A stretch of DNA of 64,000 nt, taken from Alphaproteobacteria bacterium. Its GTDB lineage: Bacteria > Pseudomonadota > Alphaproteobacteria > UBA7887. The stretch spans positions 1,452,761-1,516,760 of the forward strand of contig OZ241752.1 in assembly GCA_965201155.1 (NCBI GenBank). Reading direction: 5' to 3'. The position numbers and the translations under genes were made by a program. Of the stretch, positions 15,991 through 27,860 are shown one piece after another (positions within the stretch are counted from its first letter, which is position 1; every line of letters starts with the position of its first letter). The notes beneath the pieces were generated by a model. It searched no databases and was not told the origin of the DNA. It saw nothing but the letters and a program-made list of their open reading frames with translations.

Positions 15991-17564
15991 TGATGCGTGT
16001 TCTCATCGCCGATGCGCTGAGCAGCCATGCGGCAGCGCGCTTTGAGGCGCGGGGCGTCGCAGTGGATGTGGCGCCCGGCCTCACGCCGGAAAAACTGGCA
16101 GCGCGCATCGACCGCTATGATGGAATCGCAGTGCGCTCTGCGACCCGCATCGACGCCGGGCTTATTGCCGCCGCCGGCCGGCTGAAGGTGATCGGCCGCG
16201 CCGGCATCGGCGTGGACAATATCGATCTGCCCGCGGCCACCGCGCGCGGCGTGGTCGTGATGAACACACCGTTCGGCAATTCGGTCACCACCGCCGAACA
16301 TGCGGTGGCGATGATGATGGCGCTCGCGCGGCGCATTCCCCAGGCCGATCGGTCCACCCGGGCCGGCGAGTGGCGCAAGTCGCATTTCATGGGCGTGGAA
16401 CTCGCCGGCAAGACGCTGGGACTGATTGGCTGCGGCAATGTCGGCGCCATCGTCGCGGACCGTGCCCAGGGCATGAAAATGCGCGTCATCGTCTATGACC
16501 CGTATTTGTCGGGCGAGCGCGCAGCGGAGCTCAATGTCGAGAAAGTGGCGCTTGCGCAGCTGCTTGCACGCGCCGATGTCATCAGCCTGCATACGCCGCT
16601 GACCGCGGAGACGCGCGGCATGATTGATGCCGCAGCGCTGGCGCGCACCCGCCCCGGCGTGCGTATTGTCAATTGCGCGCGCGGCGGACTGATCGTCGAA
16701 GCGGACCTGCGGGAAGCAATCGCCTCCGGCCATGTGGCAGGCGCCGCACTGGATGTGTTCGAGCGCGAGCCGGCGCAGGGAAACCCGCTGCTGGAACTTG
16801 AGCAGGTGATCGCAACGCCGCATCTCGGCGCCTCGACCACCGAAGCGCAGGATAATGTCGCGGTCCAGATTGCCGAACAGATGGCCGATTACCTGTTGAC
16901 AGGAGCCGTGTCCAACGCTCTGAACATGCCGTCGATCAGCGCCGAGGAAGCCCCGCGCCTCAAGCCGTATACTGCGCTGGCGGGCCAGCTCGGCAGCCTC
17001 GCAGGACAGATTGCCGAAGCCGGGATGGACCGGATTTCGGTTCAGTATGAAGGGCATGCGGCAACGCTGAACGTGCGGCCCCTCACCGCGTTGCTGCTTG
17101 AAGGCGCCCTGCGCCCTGCGCTGGAAACGGTGAACATGGTAAACGCGCCGCTGGTCGCCAAGGAACGCGATATTGAAGTGCGTGAAACGCTGTATGACGG
17201 CCCGTGCGATTATCAGACCCTGATCCGGGTAACGCTGGAAAGCGAAAGCACTACCCGCCGCCTGACCGGCACGCTGCTTGGTCACAAGCCGCGCATCGCG
17301 GCCATTGACGATATCGGCATCGACGCCGCGCTTGGGCCGCATATGTTGTTCATCAACAACAAGGACCTGCCGGGAACACTGGGTTGGATCGCCCGCACCA
17401 TCGGCGATGCAGGGGTGAATATCGCCACATTTCATCTCGGGCGAACGACGCCGGGCGCCGCCGCCATCGCGTTGGTGGAAGTTGACCAGCCCGTATCCGA
17501 TACATTGGCGGCGGACCTTCGTGCCCTGCCCGGGGTGGTGCGGGTGAAGCCGCTGCATTTCTGA
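15990..17564 (+). CDS. serA: D-3-phosphoglycerate dehydrogenase
   Basis: GRAGIGVDNID, NTPFGNSVTTAEH, TPHLGASTTEAQ, C-terminal ACT domain. Confidence 0.97.
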   Translation: MMRVLIADALSSHAAARFEARGVAVDVAPGLTPEKLAARIDRYDGIAVRSATRIDAGLIAAAGRLKVIGRAGIGVDNIDLPAATARGVVVMNTPFGNSVTTAEHAVAMMMALARRIPQADRSTRAGEWRKSHFMGVELAGKTLGLIGCGNVGAIVADRAQGMKMRVIVYDPYLSGERAAELNVEKVALAQLLARADVISLHTPLTAETRGMIDAAALARTRPGVRIVNCARGGLIVEADLREAIASGHVAGAALDVFEREPAQGNPLLELEQVIATPHLGASTTEAQDNVAVQIAEQMADYLLTGAVSNALNMPSISAEEAPRLKPYTALAGQLGSLAGQIAEAGMDRISVQYEGHAATLNVRPLTALLLEGALRPALETVNMVNAPLVAKERDIEVRETLYDGPCDYQTLIRVTLESESTTRRLTGTLLGHKPRIAAIDDIGIDAALGPHMLFINNKDLPGTLGWIARTIGDAGVNIATFHLGRTTPGAAAIALVEVDQPVSDTLAADLRALPGVVRVKPLHF

Positions 17565-17585
17565 CCCGCCGGCGGCGCACGCACA

Positions 17586-18734
17586 ATGACTCCGCCCGTT
17601 GGAAAGGCTCTGCTGCCAACCGGTCTCGCCGACCTGCTGCCGCCCGACGCAGAACGCGAAGACGCAGCGACTCGGCGGTTGTTCGATTGTTTTGCCGCCT
17701 GGGGTTATGAACGCATCAAGCCGCCGCTGCTGGAGTTCGAGGACGGGCTGCTTGACGGCGTCGGCGCTGTGCATGCCGACCAGACATTTCGCCTCATGGA
17801 CCCGGCATCACAGCGGATGCTCGGCATGCGCGCGGATATCACGCCGCAGGCGGCGCGTATCGCCGCCTCGCGTCTCGCCACGGCGCCGCGCCCCTTGCGG
17901 CTATGCTATGCCGGTGATGTGCTGCGCGTGCGCGGCAGCCAGTTGCGCGCGGACCGGCAGTTCCGGCAGGTGGGAGTGGAATTGATCGGCTCCGGCCACG
18001 CCGCCAGAGGCGATGCGGAAGTGATCCTGCTCGCCGCGGATGCGCTGTCACAAGTCGGCATCGAGGGCTTGTCGGTAGATGTGAACACACCGACACTGGC
18101 GCGCGAGGTGTGCCGCGCGTTCGACACCCCGGCAGGACCGCAGGAGCGCATCGCGGTGGCGCTGCACCGCAGGGACGCCGCGGCGCTGCAAGCGAGCGGC
18201 GGCGGGCCGGCCGTGGCGCCCCTGGCCGCCCTGCTGGGCACCTCCGGCGCAGCGGCTCCGGCGCTGGCGCGGATCGGGCGCATCACCTTGCCGCGGGCAG
18301 CGCAGGCGTTGGTGGAACGGCTGGCCGAAGTTGTCGAACTGGTTGCCGCGGAAGCGCCGGAGCTTGCCCTCACGGTGGATGCGGTGGAGAGTCGGGGGTT
18401 TGAATATCACACCGGCATTTCGTTCACGCTGTTCGCGCGCCGCGAACGTCACGAACTCGGCTCGGGCGGGCGCTACCGGACGGCAGGCGGGGAACCGGCT
18501 ACCGGATTTACGCTGGTTGCGGATACACTGCGGCGGGCGCTGCCCGAAACCTCGCCGAAGCCGCGTGTGTTGACTCCGGTGGGCGTGCCGCGCGGCACCG
18601 CCGCCCAATTGCGGGCCGATGGCTGGGTGGTGCTGCAAGCGCTGATGCCCGCGCCCGACCTCGCGGCCGAAGGGCGGCGGCTGAAATGTAATCATGTATG
18701 GATCGACGGCGCCGTACAGCGCCTGGAAGACTGA
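17586..18734 (+). CDS. hisZ: ATP phosphoribosyltransferase regulatory subunit
   Basis: [41 protein letters not shown]; hisZ-purA synteny. Confidence 0.92.
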   Translation: MTPPVGKALLPTGLADLLPPDAEREDAATRRLFDCFAAWGYERIKPPLLEFEDGLLDGVGAVHADQTFRLMDPASQRMLGMRADITPQAARIAASRLATAPRPLRLCYAGDVLRVRGSQLRADRQFRQVGVELIGSGHAARGDAEVILLAADALSQVGIEGLSVDVNTPTLAREVCRAFDTPAGPQERIAVALHRRDAAALQASGGGPAVAPLAALLGTSGAAAPALARIGRITLPRAAQALVERLAEVVELVAAEAPELALTVDAVESRGFEYHTGISFTLFARRERHELGSGGRYRTAGGEPATGFTLVADTLRRALPETSPKPRVLTPVGVPRGTAAQLRADGWVVLQALMPAPDLAAEGRRLKCNHVWIDGAVQRLED

Positions 18735-18745
18735 GAGCGCAGGCA

Positions 18746-20038
18746 ATGGGCAATGTGACCGTGATCGGCGCGCAATGGGGCGACGAGGGCAAAGGCAAGA
18801 TCGTTGACTGGCTGTCGGCGCAGGCCGATATCGTGGTGCGCTTCCAAGGTGGGCATAATGCCGGTCATACGCTGGTGGTAGACGGCACCACCTACCGGCT
18901 CAGCCTGCTGCCGTCAGGCGTGGTGCGCGGCAACAAGGTATCGATGATCGGCAATGGCGTGGTCATTGATCCTTGGGCGCTGCTGGAGGAAATCGACCAC
19001 CTGGCCAAGGCCGGCATAACTGTCGCGCCGTCATCGCTTCGCATCGCTGAAAATGCATGCCTGATCCTGCCCTTTCACGGTGAACTGGACCGCGCGCGGG
19101 AAACGGCGCCCGGAAGCCGGCGTATCGGCACCACGAAACGCGGCATCGGCCCCGCCTATGAAGACAAGGTGGGGCGCCGGGCAATCCGCCTCGCCGATCT
19201 CGGCCACCCGGGATCGCTGGCGGAGCGCATCGGCGCGGCACTGGCGCATCATGACCCGCTGCGCAAGGGCCTCGGCCTGGCGCCGGTGGACGGCGCCGCG
19301 CTCGCCCGCAGGCTTGAAGCGCTGGCGCCGCGCCTGCTTGCCTTTGCCGCCCCGGTGAGCATCGAACTGGATGCCGCGCGGCGGGCGGGGCGGAAGGTGC
19401 TGTTCGAAGGCGCCCAGGGCGTGCTGCTCGATGTCGATCACGGCACCTATCCCTACGTCACCTCCTCCAACACGCTGCCTGGCGCAGCCGCGCTGGGCGC
19501 GGGTGTAGGGCCGCGGGCAATTTCCTATGTGCTGGGAATTGTGAAGGCCTACAACACCCGCGTGGGGGAAGGGCCGTTCCCGACCGAACTCAGCAATGAG
19601 ACCGGGCGGCGGCTGGGCGAGCGTGGACTGGAATTCGGCACAGTAACCGGCCGCGCACGGCGCTGCGGCTGGTTCGACGCCGTGCTGGCACGCGATGCCG
19701 TGCGGTTGGCGGGCATAGACGGAGTCGCGCTGACCAAGCTGGACGTGCTGGACGGCCTCGCAAAACTATCGGTGTGCACCGGCTATCGGCTGGCGGGGCA
19801 GGTGCTGAACCGCCTGCCGGCTTCCCCGGCGCAGCAACAACAGGCGGAACCGGTGTATGAGACAATGGATGGCTGGCAGGAAGAGACGCGCGGCGCACAG
19901 CGAATGGAAGACCTGCCGATGGCCGCGCAGCATTATATCCGCCGCATTGAAACACTGATCGACGCCCCCGTCGCGCTGCTTTCCACCGGACCCGAACGCG
20001 GGGAGACGATCATGCTGCAAGACCCCTTCCGTGCCTGA
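18746..20038 (+). CDS. purA: Adenylosuccinate synthetase
   Basis: [42 protein letters not shown]. Confidence 0.98.
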   Translation: MGNVTVIGAQWGDEGKGKIVDWLSAQADIVVRFQGGHNAGHTLVVDGTTYRLSLLPSGVVRGNKVSMIGNGVVIDPWALLEEIDHLAKAGITVAPSSLRIAENACLILPFHGELDRARETAPGSRRIGTTKRGIGPAYEDKVGRRAIRLADLGHPGSLAERIGAALAHHDPLRKGLGLAPVDGAALARRLEALAPRLLAFAAPVSIELDAARRAGRKVLFEGAQGVLLDVDHGTYPYVTSSNTLPGAAALGAGVGPRAISYVLGIVKAYNTRVGEGPFPTELSNETGRRLGERGLEFGTVTGRARRCGWFDAVLARDAVRLAGIDGVALTKLDVLDGLAKLSVCTGYRLAGQVLNRLPASPAQQQQAEPVYETMDGWQEETRGAQRMEDLPMAAQHYIRRIETLIDAPVALLSTGPERGETIMLQDPFRA

Positions 20039-20081
20039 GCATCGGTATACGGAAGGGGCCGCAGGGAAGGGAGGGACCGCG

Positions 20082-20486
20082 ATGACAAAAGACGGCAAGA
20101 TCGTCAAGAGCGATGCTGAATGGCAGCGCGAACTCACCCCCGAGCAATTTGCCGTGGCGCGCCAGGGGGGGACGGAACGCCCGTTTACCGGCGCCTATTG
20201 GCGCAGCGGCGGGTCGGGAACCTATGAGTGCATATGCTGTGGCACAGCGCTGTTCGGCTCCGCCGACAAGTTCGATTCCGGCACCGGCTGGCCAAGCTTC
20301 ACACGCCCCCTCAGCGACGCCGCTGTGGAGATGGCGCGTGACACATCCTATGGCATGATCCGCACGGAAGTGCTGTGCGCGCGCTGCGACGCCCATCTCG
20401 GCCATGTGTTCGATGACGGTCCGGCGCCCACGGGACTGCGCTACTGCCTCAACTCGGCCTCACTGCGTCACAGGCCGGAGGAATGA
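20082..20486 (+). CDS. msrB: Peptide-methionine (R)-S-oxide reductase
   Basis: [35 protein letters not shown]. Confidence 0.96.
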   Translation: MTKDGKIVKSDAEWQRELTPEQFAVARQGGTERPFTGAYWRSGGSGTYECICCGTALFGSADKFDSGTGWPSFTRPLSDAAVEMARDTSYGMIRTEVLCARCDAHLGHVFDDGPAPTGLRYCLNSASLRHRPEE

Positions 20487-21670
20487 GCCACCCTGCAAAG
20501 CCACCGCAGTTTTCCCTCACCGCCGAGCAGCGGCGCATTGTTGACGCGGTAGCGCGAATTTGCAGGGATTTCGATGCCGCATATTGGCGTGAGCGCGACA
20601 GGAATGGGGCGTTTCCCCACGATTTTCACGCCGCTGTCGCGGATGGCGGCTGGCTCGGCATCGCCATGCCGGAATCCGTGGGCGGAGCGGGCCTCGGGGT
20701 CACTGAAGCGGCACTGATGATGCAGACCATTGCGGGCTCCGGCGCCGCGATGAGCGGCTGCTCGGCGGTGCACATGAACATATTCGGCCCGATGCCGATC
20801 GTCGTGTTCGGCAGTGACGCGCAACGGCAGCGCTTTCTGCCGCCGCTCATCACGGGCCGCGAAAAAGCATGCTTCGCGGTGACCGAGCCGGACGCCGGCT
20901 TGGATACCACCCGCATCACGACGCGCGCGCGGCCGCAGGGCAATGGCTATGTCATCGACGGGCGCAAGGTGTGGACCTCCACGGCGCAGGTGGCGGACAA
21001 GATGATGATTCTCGCCCGCACCACGCCGGTCGCAGACTGTGAACGCCCTGTCGATGGCTTGAGCCTGTTCTATACGGATCTCGACCGCGATGCTGTCGAT
21101 GTGCGCGAGATCCACAAGATGGGGCGCCATGCCGTTGACTCGAATGAACTGTTCATCGACGGCCTGCATGTGCCGGCCGAAGACCGCATCGGCGAGGAAG
21201 GCAAGGGATTCCGCTATTTGCTGCACGGGCTGAACCCGGAGCGGATTCTGGTAGGGGCGGAAGGTGTTGGCATCGGTCGTGCAGCACTGGCACGAGCCGT
21301 GGACTATGCGCGCGAGCGCGTGGTGTTTGCACGCCCCATCGGCCAAAATCAGGCAATTCAGCACCCCCTGGCAGAATGCTGGGCGGAGCTTGCGGCGGCC
21401 GAGCTCATGGTTTTCGATGCCGCACGCCGCCACGATTCCGGGGAGCCATGCGGTGTGGAAGCAAACGCCGCGAAACTGCTTGGCAGCCGCGCCGGGTACC
21501 GGGCGTGCGAACGCGCCGTATTCACACATGGCGGGTTCGGCTATGCGGCGGAATTCGATGTGGAGCGCTTTATGCGCGAAGTGTGGATCACCCGTCTGGC
21601 GCCGGTGTCGGAACAGTTGATTCTGAGCTATATCGCCGAACGGGCGCTGGACCTGCCGAGGTCCTATTGA
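20483..21670 (+). CDS. Acyl-CoA dehydrogenase
   Basis: [40 protein letters not shown]. Confidence 0.93.
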   Translation: MSHPAKPPQFSLTAEQRRIVDAVARICRDFDAAYWRERDRNGAFPHDFHAAVADGGWLGIAMPESVGGAGLGVTEAALMMQTIAGSGAAMSGCSAVHMNIFGPMPIVVFGSDAQRQRFLPPLITGREKACFAVTEPDAGLDTTRITTRARPQGNGYVIDGRKVWTSTAQVADKMMILARTTPVADCERPVDGLSLFYTDLDRDAVDVREIHKMGRHAVDSNELFIDGLHVPAEDRIGEEGKGFRYLLHGLNPERILVGAEGVGIGRAALARAVDYARERVVFARPIGQNQAIQHPLAECWAELAAAELMVFDAARRHDSGEPCGVEANAAKLLGSRAGYRACERAVFTHGGFGYAAEFDVERFMREVWITRLAPVSEQLILSYIAERALDLPRSY

Positions 21671-21690
21671 GAGGCGCTGTCTGGCAGGAA

Positions 21691-21766
<76 letters not shown>

Positions 21767-21882
21767 GGCAAGGCGAGGTGGGCGCTGTATAGAGGCCGGA
21801 CAGCGGTTTGTCCAGCAATTGACAGCGCCGTTCCCAGCGGTTTCGCATATTCGGGTAACCCCCCGGGAAGGGAAAACAGCAG

Positions 21883-22896
21883 ATGCCAACACAGGCGGAA
21901 ATCAAGACGACGGTGGTCGGTTCATACCCCGTCCCGGCATGGCTGGCGGCGACACCGACACAAAGAGCGCTGGTGGATGCGACGCGGGTTGTACTGCATA
22001 CGCAGGAACATGCGGGAATCGACTTGGTATGCGATGGCGAACTTTATCGGTTTGACGTGAATCACCCCGAAACCAACGGCATGATCGAGTATTTCCTGGA
22101 GCCGTTGGCGGGTATTCGCACGGAGATCACCTTCGAAGAAGCGGCTGACTATCGGCAGCAGGCGGGCACCAGCTACCGCCGCCGCCCGCCCGGGGTAGTG
22201 GACGGCCCGCTGGGAAGCGGTTCACTGGACCTTCCCGCAGCATGCAGTCGCGCGCAGCGCCTGACGACCAAGCCGTTCAAGTTCACACTGACCGGCCCCC
22301 ATATGCTGGCGAAGGTGCTGATCGACCGGCATTATGGCGATTTGGCAGCCTTGGCGGGAGCGATTGCGGGTGTTCTGGCTGAACAGGTCTCCCAATGCGA
22401 CGCGGACGTAATCCAGATTGACGAGGCAAACCTTCCGGGCCACCCGGAAGAAGCCGATATCGCCGCATCGGCCCTGAACACGGTTTTGGACGCAGTACCG
22501 GGCGCGCCGGCGCTGCATATGTGTTTCGGGAATTATGGCGGGCAGTCGGTGCAGCGGGGCGCCTGGGATGCACTGCTCGGCTATCTCAACAGCCTGCATG
22601 TGGATCATATCGTGATGGAAAATGCCCACCGGCCGCCGGAGGAACTGGCGGTGTTCGCCGACCTGCGCGCCGATATCGGCATGGGGCTGGGCGTGGTGGA
22701 CATCAAGCGCAATGTTATCGAAACACCGGACGACATTGCCCGCGCGATTGAGCGCGCGGCCGACACCATCGGCCCGGACAGGGTGCGCTACATTCACCCG
22801 GATTGCGGCTTCTGGATGCTTGACCGGGGCGTCGCCGATGCGAAGATCGCGGCGCTGGCAGCGGGGCGTGATCTGTATCTGGGGCGGCAGCCTTAG
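21883..22896 (+). CDS. Cobalamin-independent methionine synthase II family protein (single domain)
   Basis: [28 protein letters not shown] and PDCG zinc ligands. Confidence 0.88.
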   Translation: MPTQAEIKTTVVGSYPVPAWLAATPTQRALVDATRVVLHTQEHAGIDLVCDGELYRFDVNHPETNGMIEYFLEPLAGIRTEITFEEAADYRQQAGTSYRRRPPGVVDGPLGSGSLDLPAACSRAQRLTTKPFKFTLTGPHMLAKVLIDRHYGDLAALAGAIAGVLAEQVSQCDADVIQIDEANLPGHPEEADIAASALNTVLDAVPGAPALHMCFGNYGGQSVQRGAWDALLGYLNSLHVDHIVMENAHRPPEELAVFADLRADIGMGLGVVDIKRNVIETPDDIARAIERAADTIGPDRVRYIHPDCGFWMLDRGVADAKIAALAAGRDLYLGRQP

Positions 22897-22925
22897 TCGG
22901 CGCTGCCTTTCACTTACGGTGGCTC

Positions 22926-23888
22926 GTGGCCGTTTACACAGACATTGCCGACTCGGACCTGCGGGAGTTTCTGGAACGCTTCGATCTCGGAGCGCTGATT
23001 TCGTTTATCGGCATAGCCGAAGGCGTGGAAAACTCCAACTATCTGCTGATCACCGACCGCGGACGCCACATCCTCACGCTTTACGAGAAGCGGGTGCGGC
23101 GGCACGACCTGCCGTTCTTTCTCGGATTGATGCGGCATCTTTCGGGGCGGGGGATCACCTGCCCGACACCGGTGGCAGCGCGCGACGGAACGGTGCTGCA
23201 CGAACTGGCGGGCCGCCCGGCCGCCATTGTGAGCTTTCTGGAAGGCGTCTGGCCGCGGCGTATCTGGCCCGACCACTGCCGCGCTCTCGGCCGCGCACTT
23301 GCCGACATGCACCTGGCCGGACAGGACTACGCGACCATGCGGCCCAATGATCTCTCCGTCGCCAGTTTTCGTGTCCTGTTGGCGCCTTCCGCCGGGCGCG
23401 CCGGCGAGGTGATGCCCGGCCTCACGCAAGCACTGGACGAGGAAATCAACGCATTGGAAGCAGCTTGGCCTGATACTCTGCCGCATGGCTTGATTCACGC
23501 AGATCTTTTCCCGGACAACGTGTTCTTTCATCGTGATGCGGTGAGCGGCATCATCGATTTCTATTTCGCATGCAATGATTCGTTCGCCTACGACGTGGCC
23601 ATATGCCTGAATGCGTGGTGTTTCGAGCCGGACGGCGAATTCAACATCACCAAGGCCCGGCATCTGTTGTCCGCCTATCGCAGTCGGCGTTCGTTCTTGC
23701 CGGAGGAACTGGAAGCGCTGCCGCTGCTGTGCCGGGGTGCGGCCATGCGGTTCCTGCTGACGCGGCTGCATGACTGGCTGCACGGACCGAAACAGGCGTT
23801 GGTAGCGCCGAAAGACCCGCTGGAATATTGGCGCAAGCTGCGCTTTCACCGCCATATCGCCGGACCTGGCGCCTATGGCCTCGACTGA
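22926..23888 (+). CDS. thrB: Homoserine kinase type II
   Basis: [35 protein letters not shown]; thrB-rnhA synteny. Confidence 0.95.
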   Translation: MAVYTDIADSDLREFLERFDLGALISFIGIAEGVENSNYLLITDRGRHILTLYEKRVRRHDLPFFLGLMRHLSGRGITCPTPVAARDGTVLHELAGRPAAIVSFLEGVWPRRIWPDHCRALGRALADMHLAGQDYATMRPNDLSVASFRVLLAPSAGRAGEVMPGLTQALDEEINALEAAWPDTLPHGLIHADLFPDNVFFHRDAVSGIIDFYFACNDSFAYDVAICLNAWCFEPDGEFNITKARHLLSAYRSRRSFLPEELEALPLLCRGAAMRFLLTRLHDWLHGPKQALVAPKDPLEYWRKLRFHRHIAGPGAYGLD

Positions 23889-24345
23889 AAGGCGCGCGCC
23901 GGCAGGCGCGGTCGAAATCTTCACGGACGGCGCTTGCCTGGGTAATCCCGGTCCCGGCGGCTGGGCAGCATTGCTGCGTTACGGACAGCGGGAAAAGGAG
24001 ATCAGCGGGGGTGCTCGCGAGACCACCAACAACCGCATGGAACTCATGGCGGCGGTGCGTGCGCTGGATGCCCTCACCCGCCCGGTGCAAGTGAGGCTGT
24101 ACACGGACTCGCGTTATGTGTGCGACGGAGTGACCGCGTGGCTTCCCGGCTGGAAGCGCAATGGCTGGCGCACGGCGGCTCGCAAACCTGTGCGCAACCG
24201 GGATTTATGGGAAGCGCTCGACCGTGCGCTCGGCGAGCACACGGTCGAATGGCATTGGGTCAGGGGCCATGCGGGCCACCCGGAGAATGAACGCGCCGAC
24301 AAGCTGGCGCGCGCCGCCGCGCGCGCGGCGGCGAACCTCGCATGA
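23875..24345 (+). CDS. rnhA: Ribonuclease HI
   Basis: [38 protein letters not shown]. Confidence 0.97.
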   Translation: MASTERRAPAGAVEIFTDGACLGNPGPGGWAALLRYGQREKEISGGARETTNNRMELMAAVRALDALTRPVQVRLYTDSRYVCDGVTAWLPGWKRNGWRTAARKPVRNRDLWEALDRALGEHTVEWHWVRGHAGHPENERADKLARAAARAAANLA

Positions 24346-24350
24346 ACCGG

Positions 24351-24833
24351 CTAGAGTTGGGCGAGAATCTTCTCGGCTGCCGAGACGTCGAGGCCCGGGC
24401 CGTCTTCCACCGCCAGCGTATCCACTACGCCGTCCTTCACCACCATGGCGTAACGGCGCGAGCGGCGCCCCATGCCGAAGCCGCTGGCATCGAACTCCAG
24501 TCCCAGGCCGGTGGTGAGGTCTCCATTGCCGTCAGCCAACATCATGACGTCATCGCCGGCGCCCTGGTCCTTGCCCCAGGCGCCCATGACGAACGCGTCA
24601 TTGACGGAGACACACGCGATCAAATCCACTCCCTTGGCGCGCAGCGCAGCCGCATTCCTCACATATCCCGGGACATGCTGCGCCGAACAAGTAGGCGTGA
24701 ACGCGCCAGGCAGACCGAAAATCACCGCAGTCTTGCCGGCAAGGAGCTTGCCGGTCGTCACTTCCTCAATTCCGTCTCCGCCCATGTGGCGGACGGCTAC
24801 GTCGGGCACCTTGTCACCGACTTTGATCGTCAT
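24351..24833 (-). CDS. Peroxiredoxin (Prx5 type)
   Basis: PGAFTPTCSAQHVPG, SVNDAFVMGAW. Confidence 0.95.
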   Translation of the reverse strand: MTIKVGDKVPDVAVRHMGGDGIEEVTTGKLLAGKTAVIFGLPGAFTPTCSAQHVPGYVRNAAALRAKGVDLIACVSVNDAFVMGAWGKDQGAGDDVMMLADGNGDLTTGLGLEFDASGFGMGRRSRRYAMVVKDGVVDTLAVEDGPGLDVSAAEKILAQL

Positions 24834-24936
24834 TGTTGGTCTCCTTCATTTCGAAGCTGCGGCGCTGCGGCCGCCTTTGGCGCTTACATATAGTATCGTG
24901 TTCCCGGTTCAGAACCCATTTGCCCCATTGTCTTGT

Positions 24937-27099
24937 TCAGCCGGCGCGGTCCAATGCTGCTGTCACAACATCGGCGCGCAGAAGTTCAGGCAGGGGGATA
25001 CCTTGTTTCGCGCGTGGCCCGTAAACCGCATTGAACGGAATGCCGTAGCGTCCGAAACTCGCGAGATAATCCGAGATTCCGGGGTCGGGGCGGGTCCAGT
25101 CGGCGCGCATGGCCAGAACCGACGGGTGCGCCAGACGCCGGCGCACCGGCTCGGTATCGAGGACCAGGGTCTTGTTGACCTTGCAGGTGACGCACCAGTC
25201 GGCCGTGACGTCGACCAGCACGGTGCGACCGTCGGCCACCGCCTTCTCCAGCGTCGCCCTGTCGAAAGGCTGCCAGAGACTTTCCGCCGCGGACAGCGGC
25301 GTCGCAGGGGGCGGCGTCCATGCCGGGGCAAGGAACGCTGCGCCGGCAAGTACGGCCAACCCCGCCCATGCGGCAGGGCGAAAACGCACGGGGCGGGCAG
25401 CCAGCCGTGCGAGCAGCGCGAAGGCGACGCAGATCACCGCCAACGCAAGGGCAGCACGCTCTCCGGCCTGCGCCACGAGGACAAGAAGCAGCCAGATGGC
25501 CGTGCCGATCAGCGCGAGGCCGAGCAAGGCACGCATCCAGAGCATCCAACGGCCCGGTCGGGGCAGTCGTGTGACAAGACGAGGCCGGGCGGCGACCGCG
25601 AGATAAGGCGCGGCCATACCCACGCCCAAGGCGAGAAATATGAGAAATATTTCCAACGCTCCGCGGCTAAGAGCAAAGCTCACGGCCGTACCCAGAAACG
25701 GTGCCGAACACGGTGTCGCGAGCAGCGTGGCGAAGGCGCCGGTCATGAAATGGCCAGCCATGCTGCCGCCGTGGATGGTTGCCTGTTGTTCGGCGTGCAA
25801 TCCGGCGGCGCCCAGCCACCCCGGCAGTGAGATTTCGAACAACCCGAGAAGGTTGCTGGCGAAGACAACCAGCACCAACACCAGAAACACCAGGAACAGG
25901 GGTTGCTGAAATTGTATCCCCCAGCCAACCGCACCACCGGCAAGCTTCGCAGCAAGCGCGGCGGCAGCGAGCATGAGGAATGACGTGACGATACCAGCAG
26001 CCGACGCAATGAAGCTGAGGCGCACCTGGCGGGGAGCACTGCCGCCATGGCCTATGGCGCCGATCAGTTTCAAGGACAGCACGGGAAGCACGCAGGGCAT
26101 GAGGTTGAGAATCAGTCCGCCCAGCAGTGCCAGAGCGAGCATGAGCAATAACCGGCCGGAGAGCTTGGGGACAGGCGTGGCGGAGGGAGACATCGCATCA
26201 GCAGATATCGCGCCGGCCGCCAAACCCGTAGGCAGGGGCTGCGCGGTGCCCGAGATTTCCAGTGCACGGTCGCCGTCGACAACGGTGAGCGTAAGCATCT
26301 GCCCGGCGATGGTATTGCCGCGGCGTGATTCCACCGGCGCCGTCAAGCGGGCCAGGCGGTTGTCGGATTCCAGCGACGCACTGCTGGCGGGCACACGATA
26401 ACGATGCGGTGCTTCCACGAACAGCGCCGGAGACGTGAAGGGCAGAGGCGAGCGCAGCACGATTTCCATCTGCTCTTCGGGCGGCGCGCCGACGATGCCC
26501 CATGCAGCGACTTCGATTGCTGCCGCTTCGGGTGCGCCGGGGACTTTCGCATCGTGGCGGTCTATCAGGCGCGCAAACGGAGTTGCAGCGGCGGCGCCGG
26601 GCGGCAGGTCCAACGCCAGATCGGCAACAAACGGGATGCATATTTCCTTGCACGCCTGATAGGGCATGGTAGCGCGCAGTTGTACAGTCGCACCCGGTTC
26701 GGCGCTTTGCACGCGCAGCGGCAGCACCACCTCATCGACATAACCGACGGTTTCGAGATCTGCGAGTTCAAAAAAGCGCTGCGGTGCAGGCCATGCAATC
26801 TCGACATCGCGGACATTGCGGGAGGCGCTGAAATCAGGCGTTGGCGGCGAGCCGGAGTCGCCGGGGCTGCGCCAGTAGATTTTCCATTCAGGATCGAGTT
26901 GGAATTGTATTCCAAGGCGCAGGAATTCAGCGTCGCCGACGGCAGCAGCGGCGGCAACAAGACGTGCCTGGCTGACATCGGTGCGCGCCCATTCGCTGCT
27001 GAGCGCAAGCGCCGCGCCCGAGTTCCCCGGCAGCGGCAGGAGAAGCACCAGCATGAGGCACAGGGCGGCCGCGATAGTGCGATGCTTCACGGGAAACAT
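24937..27099 (-). CDS. Protein-disulfide reductase DsbD/ScsB family
   Basis: WKIYWRSPGDSG, LNLMPCVLPVL, ATPCSAPFLG, TADWCVTCK; start approximate. Confidence 0.92.
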   Translation of the reverse strand: MFPVKHRTIAAALCLMLVLLLPLPGNSGAALALSSEWARTDVSQARLVAAAAAVGDAEFLRLGIQFQLDPEWKIYWRSPGDSGSPPTPDFSASRNVRDVEIAWPAPQRFFELADLETVGYVDEVVLPLRVQSAEPGATVQLRATMPYQACKEICIPFVADLALDLPPGAAAATPFARLIDRHDAKVPGAPEAAAIEVAAWGIVGAPPEEQMEIVLRSPLPFTSPALFVEAPHRYRVPASSASLESDNRLARLTAPVESRRGNTIAGQMLTLTVVDGDRALEISGTAQPLPTGLAAGAISADAMSPSATPVPKLSGRLLLMLALALLGGLILNLMPCVLPVLSLKLIGAIGHGGSAPRQVRLSFIASAAGIVTSFLMLAAAALAAKLAGGAVGWGIQFQQPLFLVFLVLVLVVFASNLLGLFEISLPGWLGAAGLHAEQQATIHGGSMAGHFMTGAFATLLATPCSAPFLGTAVSFALSRGALEIFLIFLALGVGMAAPYLAVAARPRLVTRLPRPGRWMLWMRALLGLALIGTAIWLLLVLVAQAGERAALALAVICVAFALLARLAARPVRFRPAAWAGLAVLAGAAFLAPAWTPPPATPLSAAESLWQPFDRATLEKAVADGRTVLVDVTADWCVTCKVNKTLVLDTEPVRRRLAHPSVLAMRADWTRPDPGISDYLASFGRYGIPFNAVYGPRAKQGIPLPELLRADVVTAALDRAG

Positions 27100-27127
27100 G
27101 TGGTTGGCATGGCGCCCGTGACGGCGA

Positions 27128-27598
27128 CTATTCGGCGGCGCGGCGGGTGGGCGGCAGCCAGCGGTCGGTGGCGGCGGTGTCGCTGTCGCGGGCGGCAACC
27201 CACCGTCCGCCGTCCGGCGTTTCTTCGCGTTTCCAGAACGGCGCCTGCGTCTTTAACCAATCAATCAGGAAATGGCACGATTCGAGAGCCGCGGCGCGGT
27301 GAGCCGATGCGGTGGCCACGAGCACAATGCGGTCTCCCGGCTCCAGGCGACCGAAGCGATGAATTACCAGGGTTGCTTGCAAAGGCCAGCGCTCGCAGGC
27401 CTCGGCCTCGATTGCCGCGAGCTGCCTCTCGGTCATTCCGGGATAGTGCTCGAGAGTCATGGCGGTGACAGATTCTCCACCGGCCATGTCACGTACCAGC
27501 CCAACGAAGGCTGCAACGCCGCCGACCGTATGGTCACCGTCGGTCAGCGCCGCGAGTTCGGCGCCGACATCGAAGTCTTCGCGCTGCACACGGATCAT
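27128..27598 (-). CDS. moaE: Molybdopterin synthase catalytic subunit
   Basis: LEHYPGMTE, HRFGRL, LKTQAPFWKRE. Confidence 0.96.
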   Translation of the reverse strand: MIRVQREDFDVGAELAALTDGDHTVGGVAAFVGLVRDMAGGESVTAMTLEHYPGMTERQLAAIEAEACERWPLQATLVIHRFGRLEPGDRIVLVATASAHRAAALESCHFLIDWLKTQAPFWKREETPDGGRWVAARDSDTAATDRWLPPTRRAAE

Positions 27599-27602
27599 TG
27601 CT

Positions 27603-27854
27603 TCAACCTCCGGTCACGGGTGGAAACAACGCCACCTCCCGCGCCCCGGCGATGGGATGGTCGAAATCGACGTGCTCCTGGTCGAGCGCAACACGCACCG
27701 CGGACAGATCTGCCAGCGCATCTGCATGACCGGCGCTGCGCTCACTGAGCCATCCAAGCAGCTCACCCACGGTAGTCAGTGCTGCCGGCGGTTCCACTTC
27801 CTCTTCCGAAATACCGGACTTTTCGCGCAGCCAAGCGAAATACAATACCTGCAT
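27603..27854 (-). CDS. moaD: Molybdopterin synthase sulfur carrier
   Basis: VLYFAWLRE...FPPVTGG C-terminus. Confidence 0.96.
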   Translation of the reverse strand: MQVLYFAWLREKSGISEEEVEPPAALTTVGELLGWLSERSAGHADALADLSAVRVALDQEHVDFDHPIAGAREVALFPPVTGG

Positions 27855-27860
27855 CGGTCC

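Noticed and set aside
15858-17774. Long antisense ORFs over serA, iorA, deoA and terminase (e.g. 638, 622, 496, 503 aa)
   Set aside because: Expected shadow ORFs in ~65-70% GC DNA opposite clearly identified genes.
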